Below are positions 41,665 through 50,245 of a stretch of DNA of 64,000 bases, piece after piece. The notes under the pieces were generated by a model. It had not been told where the DNA came from, did not search any database, and saw nothing but the letters and a program-made list of their open reading frames with translations. Positions within the stretch are counted from its first letter, which is position 1; each line of letters begins with the position of its first letter. Position numbers and translations under genes: made by a program. Source of the stretch: an uncultured Acidobacteriaceae bacterium (lineage in GTDB: Bacteria > Acidobacteriota > Terriglobia > Terriglobales > Acidobacteriaceae); the NCBI GenBank assembly GCA_963804315.1, contig CAWDQB010000056.1, positions 6,052 to 70,051 on the forward strand. Direction: 5' to 3'.

Positions 41665-42159
41665 ATGAAGAAGATGACCGCCGAAGAGATCAAATCGCTG
41701 CTGAAGCTGGAGCCGCACCCGTGCGAGGGCGGCTGGTTTCGCCAGACCTACATCGCCGCCGAGCGGGTGGAGTTGGAGCGTGGTTCGCGTTCGGTGGGCA
41801 CGGCAATCTACTACCTGCTGGAGCCAGGAACCTTCTCGGAGATGCATTGCCTTGCCTCCGACGAGGTCTTTCATTTTTATCTCGGCGATCCAGTGGAGAT
41901 GCTGCAATTATTCCCCGATGGCGGCTCCGCTGTCTTTACTCTTGGGCAAGATTTGGTGGAAGGGCAGCAGGTGCAAGTCGTCGTTCCTGCCGGAGTGTGG
42001 CAGGGCACACGGCTGGTTGGTGACGGCAAGGTTGCGCTGCTCGGCTGCACAGTCAATCCCGGCTTTGACTATGCCGATTATCAGAGCGAAAGTTATGCGG
42101 AGTTAGTCGCGAAGTGGCCGCAACAAGCGGAACGGATTAAGGCGCTAACAAGGAACTAA
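41665..42159 (+). CDS. Cupin_5 (DUF985) protein
   Basis: LEPHPCEGGWFRQT, TAIYYLL, VVPAGVWQG and GCTVNPGFDY motifs. Confidence 0.9.
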   Translation: MKKMTAEEIKSLLKLEPHPCEGGWFRQTYIAAERVELERGSRSVGTAIYYLLEPGTFSEMHCLASDEVFHFYLGDPVEMLQLFPDGGSAVFTLGQDLVEGQQVQVVVPAGVWQGTRLVGDGKVALLGCTVNPGFDYADYQSESYAELVAKWPQQAERIKALTRN

Positions 42160-42656
42160 CTGGACGAGATAGGCAGGTTGCCATATTCATCGCACGGTTC
42201 CGCAGAGACTACTTCGACTGCTTGGCATTTGAATTCTCCTGATAACCCGCAGCATGAATCGATCTTCACTGTAATGACATTTGGTGGTGGGCCTTCCGCT
42301 GGGCCGCCTCCATGCAAAAACACCATTGGCTCCATCCCAAAAATCAACTCAAAAATGGAATTCTGGAACGAAAAATTCGACAAACTGAGTTTCTCAACAT
42401 TTCGAAATTGCAGATGCGCTAAAGTGTGCTTGGCTAAAACAATATAGCCTTCTTCTGTAACGTCCTTCGTTATCTCAAAGACATGAACATACATATCAAG
42501 GGCCGGTGAGAAGGAATCAGGTTCCCACGGTTTTCCGCCAGCGACAGACATATTCATCTTATGTATCCACGCATCGTGAAACGTCGGCCAATATCCGAAA
42601 ACATCTGTGATCCGGTTACTATTTTGGATATAAGGCGAGGGATCGAACCATTCCAT
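42156..42656 (-). CDS. Imm50-like immunity protein (orphan)
   Basis: FGYWPTFHDA, FSFQNSIFEL and CGLSGEFKC motifs; AAGGAG RBS; lower GC. Confidence 0.7.
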   Translation of the reverse strand: MEWFDPSPYIQNSNRITDVFGYWPTFHDAWIHKMNMSVAGGKPWEPDSFSPALDMYVHVFEITKDVTEEGYIVLAKHTLAHLQFRNVEKLSLSNFSFQNSIFELIFGMEPMVFLHGGGPAEGPPPNVITVKIDSCCGLSGEFKCQAVEVVSAEPCDEYGNLPISSS

Positions 42657-42678
42657 AAATTTCTCCTTAATGAAACTC

Positions 42679-43125
42679 CTACCGCCTCTCGCGAAAGAAA
42701 CTGCGCAGTAACTCGGCGGACTCATCAGCCAGAACGCCTTGCTCCACTTGCATCTGATGATTGAGTTGCGGATGATTAAGCACGGAAAGCACCGAGCCGC
42801 AGGCACCCGCCTTGGGGTCGGCAGCGGCAAAGACCAGACGCTCCAGACGCGCATGAATCATCGCTCCGGCGCACATCGCGCATGGCTCCAGAGTTACATA
42901 GAGTGTGCAGCCGAGCAGTCGATAATTGCCAACGAAAGCAGCCGCCGCGCGCATGGCCACAATCTCTGCGTGGGCCGTCGGGTCCAGCGAACGCAGCACG
43001 CGATTCTGCCCGCGCGCAATGATCTCTCCCGCGCGTACAATCACCGCGCCAATCGGCACCTCGCCCGCCTCCGCTGCCGTGCGGGCTTCGTCAAGCGCGG
43101 CTTGCATAAAATCTTGATCGGTCAC
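42679..43125 (-). CDS. tadA: tRNA adenosine(34) deaminase
   Basis: GEVPIGAV, PTAHAEI, TLEPCAMCAGA, LNH and FFRERR motifs; GTG start overlaps the upstream stop. Confidence 0.95.
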   Translation of the reverse strand: MTDQDFMQAALDEARTAAEAGEVPIGAVIVRAGEIIARGQNRVLRSLDPTAHAEIVAMRAAAAFVGNYRLLGCTLYVTLEPCAMCAGAMIHARLERLVFAAADPKAGACGSVLSVLNHPQLNHQMQVEQGVLADESAELLRSFFRERR

Positions 43126-43622
43126 GCAAGAACTCCTCCAGGACGCAGATGTTTGAAATTGACACCAGCCAATCCGCGAGAATTGAGCAGACTCGCCAGA
43201 GGCCAATCTATGGTTAGAATCACGTGATTGGCGGCAAGACGTGCCAGCGCTGCGTCAGTTAGGCCAAACTCAGATGCACCGGTGTCTGCCATGATTACGG
43301 ACGCCGGTTCGTGAAATTCTGGAATCAACTCGATGCCTTTAGAAATATGCAGACTCCAGGCAGGTTTTCTCCATGATGGCAGGGCATTGGCGAGATTGGA
43401 CACTTCAGTCAGAACATGAGGGGTTGTTCGCAATTCCCCGAGCGCCGTAAGTGTTTGGTTCAGAATAAATGTATCGCTCGGATGAAAAACGTTCAATCGC
43501 TTAAAGGTTTTAATCAACAAAGGATCAAAACTTGCGCACAAATGTAGAAGGAGGAGATTGGAGTCAAGGACAACTGGCCATCCCAGAAATGGGTCAAGCG
43601 CAGGATGGTTCGGCGGTTTCAT
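43122..43622 (-). CDS. PIN-domain protein (putative toxin)
   Basis: VVLDSNLL, TTPHVLTEVSNL, GLTDAAL and ILTID acidic PIN motifs. Confidence 0.75.
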   Translation of the reverse strand: MKPPNHPALDPFLGWPVVLDSNLLLLHLCASFDPLLIKTFKRLNVFHPSDTFILNQTLTALGELRTTPHVLTEVSNLANALPSWRKPAWSLHISKGIELIPEFHEPASVIMADTGASEFGLTDAALARLAANHVILTIDWPLASLLNSRGLAGVNFKHLRPGGVLA

Positions 43623-43912
43623 GCGGCATACTGCTTGATCGCGAAGAGTCTGCCGTCTTCAGCGCCAATCGTGACAATCTTGGCAACTCGCTTGAAACCA
43701 AACGGAGTAACTTGCTGTCCGAGAAATTTTGCAGTTTCAGGATCGCCGACGCTGAATGTCAACTTCCATGCAGGCAACTTGGCCCCTTCTGCCGTCTCAA
43801 ATGCCCCTGACTCAACCTCTTCCAGGCGTATGTCCTTTGTTTCTGCGAGATCGGGCATGATCTCCTGAATATAGCCAATCGCCTTCTGTGTCGCTTCACG
43901 CGGATTCAGCAT
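43619..43912 (-). CDS. Small hypothetical protein, putative antitoxin partner of the PIN protein
   Basis: 97 aa, 4-nt ATGA overlap with the PIN gene; IRLEEVE...WKLTFS; AGGGGAG RBS. Confidence 0.6.
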   Translation of the reverse strand: MLNPREATQKAIGYIQEIMPDLAETKDIRLEEVESGAFETAEGAKLPAWKLTFSVGDPETAKFLGQQVTPFGFKRVAKIVTIGAEDGRLFAIKQYAA

Positions 43913-43936
43913 ATAATGCTCCCCTTTGGCTGTATT

Positions 43937-45044
43937 CTACCCTAAAACCGGCGCGCCAGCCGCCGGTTGCTGCTGGGTCATGCAGTGCAGCGTGCCCAGA
44001 CCCCAGACCAGGTCCACGCAATGAATGCCGATCACTTCGCGGTCAGGAAATACCCCGGACAGCGTGTTCAATGCTATGCGGTCGTTGGGATCGTGGAAGG
44101 TGGGAACCAGCACAAGATCATTGGCGATATAAAAGTTGGCATAACTCGCCGGCAGCCGCTGGCCGCGAAAGAGCACTGCGTGCGGCAGAGGGAGTTCCAC
44201 GATATTGAACTGCTTACTGTCGAGCGTGCGAGCTGCCTTGAGCCTTGAATGATTATCTGCGAGCAACGCGTGATTCGGGTCGTTCTTGTTAGGCTCGACG
44301 GCAGTCACAATTGTCGCCGGCCCAACAAAGCGCGCTATGTCGTCCACGTGGCCGTGCGTGTCATCGCCAACAATGCCGCGATCAAGCCAGATCACTTGAT
44401 CGATGCCCGAGATACTCGTGAAAAGCCTTCTCTAGTAGCTTGCGGCTCACGCCGGGATTGCGCTGCTGCACTTCGCTAAGCAGGCACTCTTCAGTGGTGA
44501 GCAGCACGCCCGCGCCATTCACATCGATGGAGCCGCCTTCAAGAACTAACCTTTGTTTCAATCCGTCGGCTAACTCAATCGTCGGCTGCCATTCCGGCAG
44601 TGCGAGTAACTCACTCACGCGGCCCGGAACTTGATCGTCTAACTTCCAGTCATCGTACTTGGCCCAGGCATTGAAGCGCCAATTAGTCACGGCAACTTTG
44701 CCTTCCTTATTGCGAATAAAGATAGGCCCGGAGTCGCGCGTCCAACTGCGATTGGTAGGCCAAGTGTGCAAACTCACGCGGTCGAGAATCGCCCCGGCGC
44801 GCTCCAGGATGCCGTAGACGCGCAACTCGGCCTTCGCGTCCTCGACAAGAATATGCACTAACTCATGCGCGGCGAGCATGCGCACAATCTCCGCATAGAG
44901 CCAAGGGATGGCCTGGAACTTTCCCGGCCAGTCTTCGGGATTATGCGGCCACGCCAGCCAGGTAGCATCGTGGCGCTCCCATTCGGCGGGCATGCGGTAA
45001 CCGAGTTCGCGGGGAGTATGAGTGGAGTCCGGCAGCACAACCAT
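43937..45044 (-). CDS. aguA: Agmatine deiminase (frameshift near 44407)
   Basis: RMPAEWE, WTRDSGP, LEGGSIDVNG, DDTHGHVD, SYANF and GTLHCMTQQQP motifs; removing one base gives YLGIDQVIWL. Confidence 0.92.
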
Positions 45045-45986
45045 TTATTTGCAATCTCCGTCCGCGCCCCACGAATGCACCGGATCTAGGAAGCGCTTGG
45101 CGATGGGCGCATAGGCGTCGATACGCCGGTCGCGCAGGAAGGGCCAGTTACGGCGCGTCTCTTCGATAAGTCCGAGGTCAACCTCGCCGATTAGAATCTC
45201 TTCCGCGTCGTGCGAGGCCTTGGCAATCACGCGGCCAAAGGGATCAGCCAAAAAGCTGCCACCCCAGAACTCGATACCCTGCCCTTCCGCGCGATTGCCG
45301 AGAATGTCGCCGTGCTCCAAGCCGACGCGATTCACTCCAGCCACATAGACGCCATTGGCGATAGCGTGCGAGCGCTGAATGGTTTGCCACGCGTCGTACT
45401 GTGCCGCGCCGAACTCTGCTTTTTCCGCCGGATGCCAGCCAATCGCCGTGGGATAAAAGATCGCCTCCGCGCCCTGCAGCGCAGTGAGCCGCGCGGCCTC
45501 CGGATACCACTGATCCCAGCAGACCAGCGTGCCGACGCGGCCACACGCCACGTCCACCGCTTGAAAGCCTAGATCGCCCGGCGCGAAGTAATACTTCTCA
45601 TAGTAGAGCGGATCATCGGGAATATGCATCTTGCGATAGACGCTGGCGATGGCCCCATCAGCGTTCAGCGTAACCGCAGTGTTGTGATACAGTCCCGGCG
45701 CTCGGCGCTCAAAGAGCGAAGCAATAACGGAAACGTGCCCCTCGCGAGCGACTTCAGCCAGCCGCGCCGTGGACGGCCCCGGAATCGGTTCAGCCAGATC
45801 AAAGAGGCGGAGATCCTCGCGCTGACAGAAGTACTGCGTGCGGAAAATCTCCGGCAGGCAAACGACATTCGCACCCAACCGAGCCGCCTGGCGGATGTAA
45901 TCGAGCGCGGCGGCAAAGTTAGCCTCAGGATCGGCGCCCATGCGCATCTGCACCAAGGCTACGTTGAATTTGCGCAGATTGGCCAT
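45045..45986 (-). CDS. aguB: N-carbamoylputrescine amidase (carbon-nitrogen hydrolase)
   Basis: LPEIF, YRKMHIPDDPLYYEKYYF, CWDQWYPE, YPTAIGW and WPFLRDRR motifs; adjacent to aguA. Confidence 0.9.
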   Translation of the reverse strand: MANLRKFNVALVQMRMGADPEANFAAALDYIRQAARLGANVVCLPEIFRTQYFCQREDLRLFDLAEPIPGPSTARLAEVAREGHVSVIASLFERRAPGLYHNTAVTLNADGAIASVYRKMHIPDDPLYYEKYYFAPGDLGFQAVDVACGRVGTLVCWDQWYPEAARLTALQGAEAIFYPTAIGWHPAEKAEFGAAQYDAWQTIQRSHAIANGVYVAGVNRVGLEHGDILGNRAEGQGIEFWGGSFLADPFGRVIAKASHDAEEILIGEVDLGLIEETRRNWPFLRDRRIDAYAPIAKRFLDPVHSWGADGDCK

Positions 45987-46021
45987 AAATTAGCTTTAAA
46001 CCTTTTTGTGAATGAGGCTGG

Positions 46022-46063
46022 TTGAGGTCCGCGGTATCCCAGGCTCGAAAATCAAGATCTGGG
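46022..46063. repeat. REP-like hairpin (degenerate)
   Basis: TTGAGGTCCGCGGTATCCCAG...CTGGG; the flank resembles the reverse complement of 50201-50220. Confidence 0.55.
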
Positions 46064-46086
46064 TTAGACAGGCCGGTTAAGGAACG

Positions 46087-46138
46087 TGGATCCCCACCTT
46101 AGTCGCAAATGCAAAGATGCGGCAAGGGTGGGGTACCC
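46087..46138. repeat. REP-like hairpin
   Basis: CCCCACCTTAGTCGCA / TGCGGCAAGGGTGGGG stem followed by TACCC. Confidence 0.7.
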
Positions 46139-46173
46139 AAGCATTCTCCTTATAGCTCACCCTGATGCGATTC

Positions 46174-46734
46174 CTACTCGTCCAGAATCAGTACGGCTGC
46201 GGCAATGGTGGTGGTCCACAAGCCCCGCTTGTCACCCATCGCCGATTGCGTAATATTGCTGGTTCGAACGATCTTGTTGGAGATGCGGTAAATCTCTTTC
46301 TTTTCATCCCAGCTCTTGTCTGGATCGAATTCGACATCGAGCGTGGTGGCCAGCATCTCGGCGGCCAGTTCCTCGGCGTACTCGCCGGCCTGCTCCTCAG
46401 TCTCACCGAAGCTGTGGTGTTCGCTCAGGTAGCCGTAGGTGTTCTTGTCCGCTGGAATGGCCACACCGATGCTCGACACCAACAGGCGGTGCGGTTCGCG
46501 GGTTGAATTCTCGGCTATAACCGCGAAGACAACCTCGCCGGGACTCAGGTAGGTGAGGCCTTCCTTGCGTGTGAGCATCTTGCAACGCGGTGGAAAGATG
46601 GATGAAACGCGCACCAAGTTCTGCGAGGCGATGCCCGCATCCCGAAGCGCCAGCTCAAAGGAGGTCAATCGCTCCTTGTGTTTGCCTACGCCCTTGGTGA
46701 AAAACAGCTTCTTCGGGACCATGCTTTTTCCCAA
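46174..46734 (-). CDS. pdaD: Pyruvoyl-dependent arginine decarboxylase
   Basis: [19 protein letters not shown] (Ser-Ser autocleavage site) and GYLSEH motifs; TTG start 10 nt after AAGGAGGA (alternative ATG at 46722). Confidence 0.92.
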   Translation of the reverse strand: MGKSMVPKKLFFTKGVGKHKERLTSFELALRDAGIASQNLVRVSSIFPPRCKMLTRKEGLTYLSPGEVVFAVIAENSTREPHRLLVSSIGVAIPADKNTYGYLSEHHSFGETEEQAGEYAEELAAEMLATTLDVEFDPDKSWDEKKEIYRISNKIVRTSNITQSAMGDKRGLWTTTIAAAVLILDE

Positions 46735-46744
46735 TTTCTGTGTA

Positions 46745-46884
46745 TCCTCCTTGTGGATTGAAGATCGGCAACTGAATATGCGTACCCGCCTGAGTTTATC
46801 GCATTTGGGCGGGTTGGAACAGAGCCGGGGGCGATTTAATCACTTGTTCATCCAAAAGGAGGAGACCGTCCGATTCCAACCCGC
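46745..46884 (-). promoter_or_regulatory. Putative two-state translational attenuator RNA (anti-SD:SD helix versus competing P1 helix)
   Basis: 46847-46863 is complementary to the SD region 46745-46762 (16 bp, 1 mismatch, 1 bulge); perfect 11-bp IR 46809-46819 / 46874-46884; competing 7-bp stem 46784-46790 / 46808-46814. Confidence 0.65.
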
Positions 46885-46901
46885 ACTCTGAGCAATCGCA
46901 T
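46848..46901 (-). CDS. Putative Arg-rich leader peptide MRLLRVRVGIGRSPPFG
   Basis: ATG CGA TTG CTC AGA GTG CGG GTT GGA ATC GGA CGG TCT CCT CCT TTT GGA TGA; TATTCT -10-like box 8 nt upstream; last codons coincide with the anti-SD. Confidence 0.55.
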   Translation of the reverse strand: MRLLRVRVGIGRSPPFG

Positions 46902-46934
46902 AATCTGAGAGAATACAAGTGAAAGAGGCTCAGG

Positions 46935-48509
46935 ATGCAAGGCACGGCAATCATCATCGGGGCAGGCCCGGCAGGTCTGACGGCGGCCATTGAACTGCAA
47001 AGGCACTCAAGCATTAAGCCCATTCTGATTGAATCGACCCAAGCAATCGGCGGCATCTCGCGCACCGTTCGCTACAAGGGCAACCGCATGGATATCGGCG
47101 GCCACCGCTTCTTTTCGAAGTCCGACCGCGTGATGAAGTGGTGGCTGGAATTGATGCCAGTGGAATCAGGCTCGGCTACTGGTGGAGAGTTGCGCTATCA
47201 GGGACAGCAGCGCGATCTTCCGAATGACACCCAAGGGCGCGATCCGCAAATCGAGGACCTTGTGATGCTGGTCCGCCAGCGCAAGAGCCGCATCTATTTT
47301 TTGCGTCGGTTCTTTGATTATCCAATCTCGCTGACTGCGGCGACCTTCCGCGGCATGGGCCTGATGCGCACCGTCCGCTGCGGCGTCAGTTATCTGCGCT
47401 CTGCGCTGCTGCCCAAGCGCAAAGAGAAATCCCTGGAAGATTTCATCATCAATCGCTTTGGCAAACAGCTTTATCTGACTTTTTTTAAATCATATACGGA
47501 AAAGGTCTGGGGCGTGCCATGCCACGAGATCAGCGCGGAATGGGGTGCGCAGCGCATCAAAGGGCTTTCTCTCAAAGGAGTCATTGCACATTATTTTAAA
47601 AAAGCATTTGGAGGAAAGCAGACGGGAGATATATCGCAAAAGAAGACCGAGACCTCGTTGATTGAAAAATTTCTCTATCCAAAGTTAGGCCCTGGCCAGC
47701 TATGGGAGCACGCGGCTGAGTTAGTCAAGCAGGGCGAAGGAGAGATTCATCTCGGCATTCAGATCGACCGGGTCAATCTAATTGGCAACAAGGTGGTTTC
47801 GGTGGAAGGAGTCAACTCGAAAGGTGAGCGCGCTACGTACACCGGAGATTTTTTCTTATCGACAATGCCGGTGCGCGACCTTGTGCGAGCGATCTCAGGG
47901 CCGGTCCCTGCAGAGGTGACTGAAGTGAGCGAGGGCCTTATGTATCGCGACTTCATCACCGTTGGCTTGCTTGCCAGCAAGCTAGCTGTCACGCAAAAGG
48001 ATGGATCGCCGCTCAAGGATAACTGGATTTATATTCAAGAACCGGATGTAATGGTTGGCCGGCTGCAGATCTTTAATAACTGGAGTCCCTGGCTGGTGAG
48101 TTCTCAGGACAAGGTGTGGATTGGACTGGAATACTTCTGTAATGAAGAAGACCCGCTATGGAAGCTCTCTGATGAGCAGATGGCAAAGTTTGCGATTGAG
48201 GAGATTTCGAAAATCGGCATTCTGAAGGCCGAGGATGTGGAAGACTGGCATGTCGTCCACGTGCCGAAGACTTATCCGGCGTACTTTGGAACTTATGGCC
48301 GCTTTAATGTAATCCGCAAATATCTGGACGGTTTTGAGAATCTATTCCTGGTAGGTCGCAACGGAATGCATAAGTATAACAATCAGGACCACTCGATGCT
48401 GACCGCGATGACTGCCGTCGAGAACATTGTCAACAGCGTCAAGACGAAAGATAATATTTGGGCGATCAATACCGAGATGGAGTACCACGAGGAGAAAGCG
48501 GAGAAGTAA
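46935..48509 (+). CDS. NAD(P)/FAD-dependent oxidoreductase (UDP-galactopyranose mutase / HemY-like family)
   Basis: [29 protein letters not shown] and [15 protein letters not shown] motifs. Confidence 0.85.
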   Translation: MQGTAIIIGAGPAGLTAAIELQRHSSIKPILIESTQAIGGISRTVRYKGNRMDIGGHRFFSKSDRVMKWWLELMPVESGSATGGELRYQGQQRDLPNDTQGRDPQIEDLVMLVRQRKSRIYFLRRFFDYPISLTAATFRGMGLMRTVRCGVSYLRSALLPKRKEKSLEDFIINRFGKQLYLTFFKSYTEKVWGVPCHEISAEWGAQRIKGLSLKGVIAHYFKKAFGGKQTGDISQKKTETSLIEKFLYPKLGPGQLWEHAAELVKQGEGEIHLGIQIDRVNLIGNKVVSVEGVNSKGERATYTGDFFLSTMPVRDLVRAISGPVPAEVTEVSEGLMYRDFITVGLLASKLAVTQKDGSPLKDNWIYIQEPDVMVGRLQIFNNWSPWLVSSQDKVWIGLEYFCNEEDPLWKLSDEQMAKFAIEEISKIGILKAEDVEDWHVVHVPKTYPAYFGTYGRFNVIRKYLDGFENLFLVGRNGMHKYNNQDHSMLTAMTAVENIVNSVKTKDNIWAINTEMEYHEEKAEK

Positions 48510-48622
48510 GTTCAAACGCGCTCATTCGAAAAGAGAATTTCCTCCGGAAAAAATCCCGTGCGCAAAGTTACGATAGGAGGCTCATTCGGCCCATCCATTC
48601 GATAAACCTCCCATCTGACTGT

Positions 48623-50008
48623 TTAGTCCAGAGCATAGATTGCCAAACCGCTCAACAACTTCGGGAAAAAGTCCGTGGACTTCTGCGGCATTACATCGCC
48701 GGCAAAGGCCACTTCCTTCAATTGCTCCATCGAAACCGGATTGGTCAGGAAGGTCACATCCGCTTCGCCGCGTCGAGCCTGCTCGACGGCCTCGGCCGCA
48801 TCTCGGAGATAGCGGATATTCGTCTGCTCGCGCACCTTCTCCTCGTCCAGGCCGAGCAGGCGGTCCAGCACAATCGAGTGCAAATGGCTCAGATCAAGCT
48901 GACGCTGGCGCTCCGGCAAATCAGCCAACGCGGCAGCAATCTGTTCCGCTTTTGAACGCAGCAGGTACGCACCAGTGCGAGTGACCGCAATAAAGGCTGT
49001 CCCCTGTTGGCTGCTTAAAGTTCTTATATAATCCGAGGCATCCGCGGCAGGCAACTCCGTTACCGTGAAAAACTCCTCGGCTGCGCGCGCGAAGGCAGCC
49101 GAATCAAATTTCTCCAAGCCATGCACCACACGATGCGTCGGCAAAATGACCAGCCCGTCAGAGTCCATGTTGACAAACGTCATCATCACCGCTGCTTCGG
49201 GGTACGCCGGCTGCGGCAACTGGCTGGTGCTTGTCTCCGTCTTGGCCGGCGAGGTGGGCGCGTGCTCCTTGGAGTAGTTCAACGCGGTTTCGTAGCGGTG
49301 ATGCCCATCGGCGATAATCAGCTTCTTGTCGGCCATCGCGGTGGTCACCATGCGGATCGCCGCCGGATCGCTGACCTTCCATAACCGGTGCAGCACGCCA
49401 TACTCGTCGGTCACCTCACCACACGGAAAGCCGTTGCCAGTATATTGATTTAACTCAGTCCGATCCCCTTGTTGACTGGTGGACCCAGCCGGATTTTGGT
49501 CATACAATATTTTTTCAATGCTGCCTGCCGGATCCGAGTAGAGCATAAAAATCTGGCCAAAATGCGCGTGTGTTGCCTTGAGCAGATTCAGCCTGTCGCC
49601 CTTGGGCTTGCTGAGCGTCTGTTCGTGCCTGAAGACCACCTTCTCGGTGTAATCATGCACTTTGCCAAGAGCGATAAATCCCCGCCGCTCCTTCACAATC
49701 TCGGTTCCGGGAACCTTGAAGCGCTGCGCATAGGCGAAGATGCAGGGATCCTTCTCCTGCGCCAGTACTCCCTGCTCGCGCCATGCGTTGAAGTCGCGTG
49801 CCGCTCGGCTATAAACGCTCTCGCCGCGCTCGGCGTCGAAAAGCTCGGGCAGTCCGAGAATGATGCGGACAAGGTTGTAGGGGCTGCGCTGGTAGTAAGC
49901 CTGCTGCATCGCCGGCGAGATCTTGTCATACGGCTGCGTGACCACGTCATCCAGTCGGACAGCCGAGGGGTTATAGCGCCAAGCGCGGAAGGGATAAATG
50001 CGTGCCAT
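48623..50008 (-). CDS. DUF1015 family protein
   Basis: PFRAWRY, PYDKIS, RHEQT, IADGHHRYETA and MPQKSTDFFPKLLSGL motifs. Confidence 0.92.
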   Translation of the reverse strand: MARIYPFRAWRYNPSAVRLDDVVTQPYDKISPAMQQAYYQRSPYNLVRIILGLPELFDAERGESVYSRAARDFNAWREQGVLAQEKDPCIFAYAQRFKVPGTEIVKERRGFIALGKVHDYTEKVVFRHEQTLSKPKGDRLNLLKATHAHFGQIFMLYSDPAGSIEKILYDQNPAGSTSQQGDRTELNQYTGNGFPCGEVTDEYGVLHRLWKVSDPAAIRMVTTAMADKKLIIADGHHRYETALNYSKEHAPTSPAKTETSTSQLPQPAYPEAAVMMTFVNMDSDGLVILPTHRVVHGLEKFDSAAFARAAEEFFTVTELPAADASDYIRTLSSQQGTAFIAVTRTGAYLLRSKAEQIAAALADLPERQRQLDLSHLHSIVLDRLLGLDEEKVREQTNIRYLRDAAEAVEQARRGEADVTFLTNPVSMEQLKEVAFAGDVMPQKSTDFFPKLLSGLAIYALD

Positions 50009-50164
50009 GGGGAAGCTCTTGCTCCACGTTCAAACGATTGAATTTGCGCTTACAAAACTCATCCAGCTCACTACCGGGCTTATAAAGCGCTTTGTAAATT
50101 GTACTCCAACGGCTGTGAATTCCGCGTCATGCGGATCTCTGGTCACCTATCCATAAAAATGCTC

Positions 50165-50220
50165 GGTAGCCCATCCATTTCGCGTCTGCTGCGAAATGGA
50201 TGGGAATCCACAAACCTCAA
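50165..50220. repeat. REP-like hairpin
   Basis: GGTAG, then a perfect 14-bp stem CCCATCCATTTCGC/GCGAAATGGATGGG, then AATCCACAAACCTCAA. Confidence 0.75.
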
Positions 50221-50245
50221 TCCGCCTCAATCAGAGGACGGCTCG

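Noticed and set aside
26130-44408. Programmed ribosomal frameshifting in the phosphatase, KAP, TPR or aguA genes
   Set aside because: No slippery heptamers or long phase-variable tracts at the breakpoints; sequencing error is simpler.
46796-46804. Minimal ATG-CGA-TAA (Met-Arg-stop) ORF inside the pdaD leader
   Set aside because: No SD and too short to distinguish from chance.
49420-49500. Apparent loop insertion of about 20 aa in the DUF1015 protein as another coding REP
   Set aside because: No palindrome or REP flank motif is visible in the DNA.
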